DNA of 64,000 nt from Octopus sinensis (Eukaryota). The position numbers were made by a program, and so were the translations under genes. A model generated the notes under the pieces. It worked only from the letters and a program-made list of their open reading frames with translations, was not told the origin of the DNA and made no database searches. Shown here piece by piece: positions 62,385 through 64,000 of the stretch; the stretch's first letter is position 1, and every line of letters begins with the position of its first letter. The DNA lies in contig NC_043011.1 of assembly GCF_006345805.1 (NCBI RefSeq), positions 21,588,464-21,652,463 of the forward strand, read 5' to 3'.

Positions 62385-64000
62385 GCGTCCGTGTTTTTTG
62401 TATCGTCTTCTAAATGTTTTACGTTCTTGTCCCAGTTTGTATTTTTCTACATATAATATATATAACTATCTATCTTTCAATCTGTCTGTCTGTCTGTCTA
62501 CCTATCTTTATATGTGTATATTTCTGTATGTGCATCTGTGTGTGTGTGTGTCTGTGTGCGTGCGTGCATATGCCTCCAGTACCAAAATTTACAACAGCCA
62601 AACAGGTTGCATGTCCAGAGAGCCGTGCCAAATCGTCTGTGTTCAAGCAGCAGCGTCTAACCATCTCACTCCCATAGGAAAATTATCAAAGCTGATATTT
62701 ATGAATATTGAATTGCATGTCGATAAAATAACTAGGTTTACTCAACAGCATAAATATCAATAGTCACGAAATAGTCATATCAACAAGAAAACGATTGATT
62801 TGCTCAACAAACTTAAGTAGTACGCTTGCTGTGTGTTGCTATATGTTGTTATGCATTGGTAGGCGTTTGTATGCGTTGCTATGTTGTGTTCATCATGGCC
62901 CATCCTTATAGTTTAAAACAATAAGGTTAGAGAGAATTTTTGAATTGTTCTTTCTAGCAGGTCGAGCAACTACTTGAGGCCCCCACCCTCACCATCTTTT
63001 AGTTTGATAAAAGATGGTGGAGGTGGGGGGCTTAATATCTTCTGTAAGTGTTCAGACTGCACATCAAAGCAACAAAAGACGGCAGAAGTCTCGTTTAAGC
63101 ACCCCATATAACCCCTCATAGGTTTTTCTAATTTTTGGAATTTTACCAGTATATGAAGTTTCAAATTGTTTAGTTAACTAGAAAATTCCGTCCATCAAAA
63201 GAAAAAGATCCTTTGAGTTCAAATGCTGGGATTTCATCGGTTAAAATTCGAAGAATTAAACTACGTTAAACTTACAAATTACAATTTTGTTTTCAATTTT
63301 GTTTACAATAATGTTTTCTTTTGACACATTCTACCAGTATACGAAGTTTCAAATTGTTTAGTTAACTAGAAAATTCCGTCCATCAAAAGGAAAAGATCCA
63401 GTTTTTGCGAAATTGTATTCTCCACACGGGAATTCATACGATTATGAAAAAAATTTTTTTCAATTCTAAAATCTAAAATTTTCCATTCTTTAAAAAATCA
63501 GTTTAAAATACAGACAGTTCGAATATTTTGCTTAAATCCCGTCAGTGGACTATCTTTGGGTGCTTCATAATTCCATTAAATGTGTTTATGGAGAGAAAAA
63601 TATTGAAAAATATTAATACATGTCAGAGTGGCAAAGAAACGAGAACGGTATCAGGTGGTCATGAGATGTATTGAAACAGCAGCTAAATCGCCCTTAAATC
63701 ACATACACAAATATTTTCTTTTTTTTTTTGCATGATTGGGTGATTTCCCGCGTGTAGAACACAAATTTGCAAAAATCTTTGGAAAATCCAAATATTTTTT
63801 TTAAATTAAAAAAATTTTTAAATTTAAAAAAGTTATGGGCTGCTTAAACCAGAATTCCGCCCCAAAGGCCATCTGACCTATTGATTAAATAACCACCTGA
63901 TACGTAGTTACAAGAGTAGCTGTATGATAAGAAGTTTGCTTTCAAAACCCGTCGTTATGGGTTTTGTCCCCACTCAGTTCTGCTATAAACATAAGAGTGG

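Overview
Repeat-dense, AT-rich animal genomic window. The SINE/LINE content and (TA)n/(TATG)n density suggest a cephalopod, probably Octopus (inference). There is a 100-N gap at 31571-31670. Two convergent genes are supported. (1) The last five coding exons of an M1-family aminopeptidase (APN/ERAP-like C-terminal domain) on + (169-14258). (2) A complete four-exon, 87-aa Rdx-family selenoprotein (SelW2/MIEN1-like) on - (48215-34851), invisible to the ORF track. Its C10-Q-A-U13 motif has an in-frame TGA (40469-40471) and a Cys codon split by intron 1. A canonical SECIS lies 1.3 kb downstream (33459-33540), next to a 13-bp hairpin that hides a possible splice acceptor. The rest is mobile DNA: a very young non-autonomous Gypsy-like LTR element (552-bp LTRs, tRNA-Trp PBS, GGTC TSD), a full-length decayed mariner, a Merlin transposase relic plus a Merlin-type MITE, a Helitron, a piggyBac-like element, Penelope-like elements, R4/Dong, RTE, CR1 and L1/Tx1 fragments, and several SINE families. 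Penelope-type termini carry many hammerhead-ribozyme motifs: minimal type I forms with palindromic stem III, and three copies of an apparently non-circularly permuted (rearranged) hammerhead with covarying stems. All structures were derived by eye; no folding or database searches were run.
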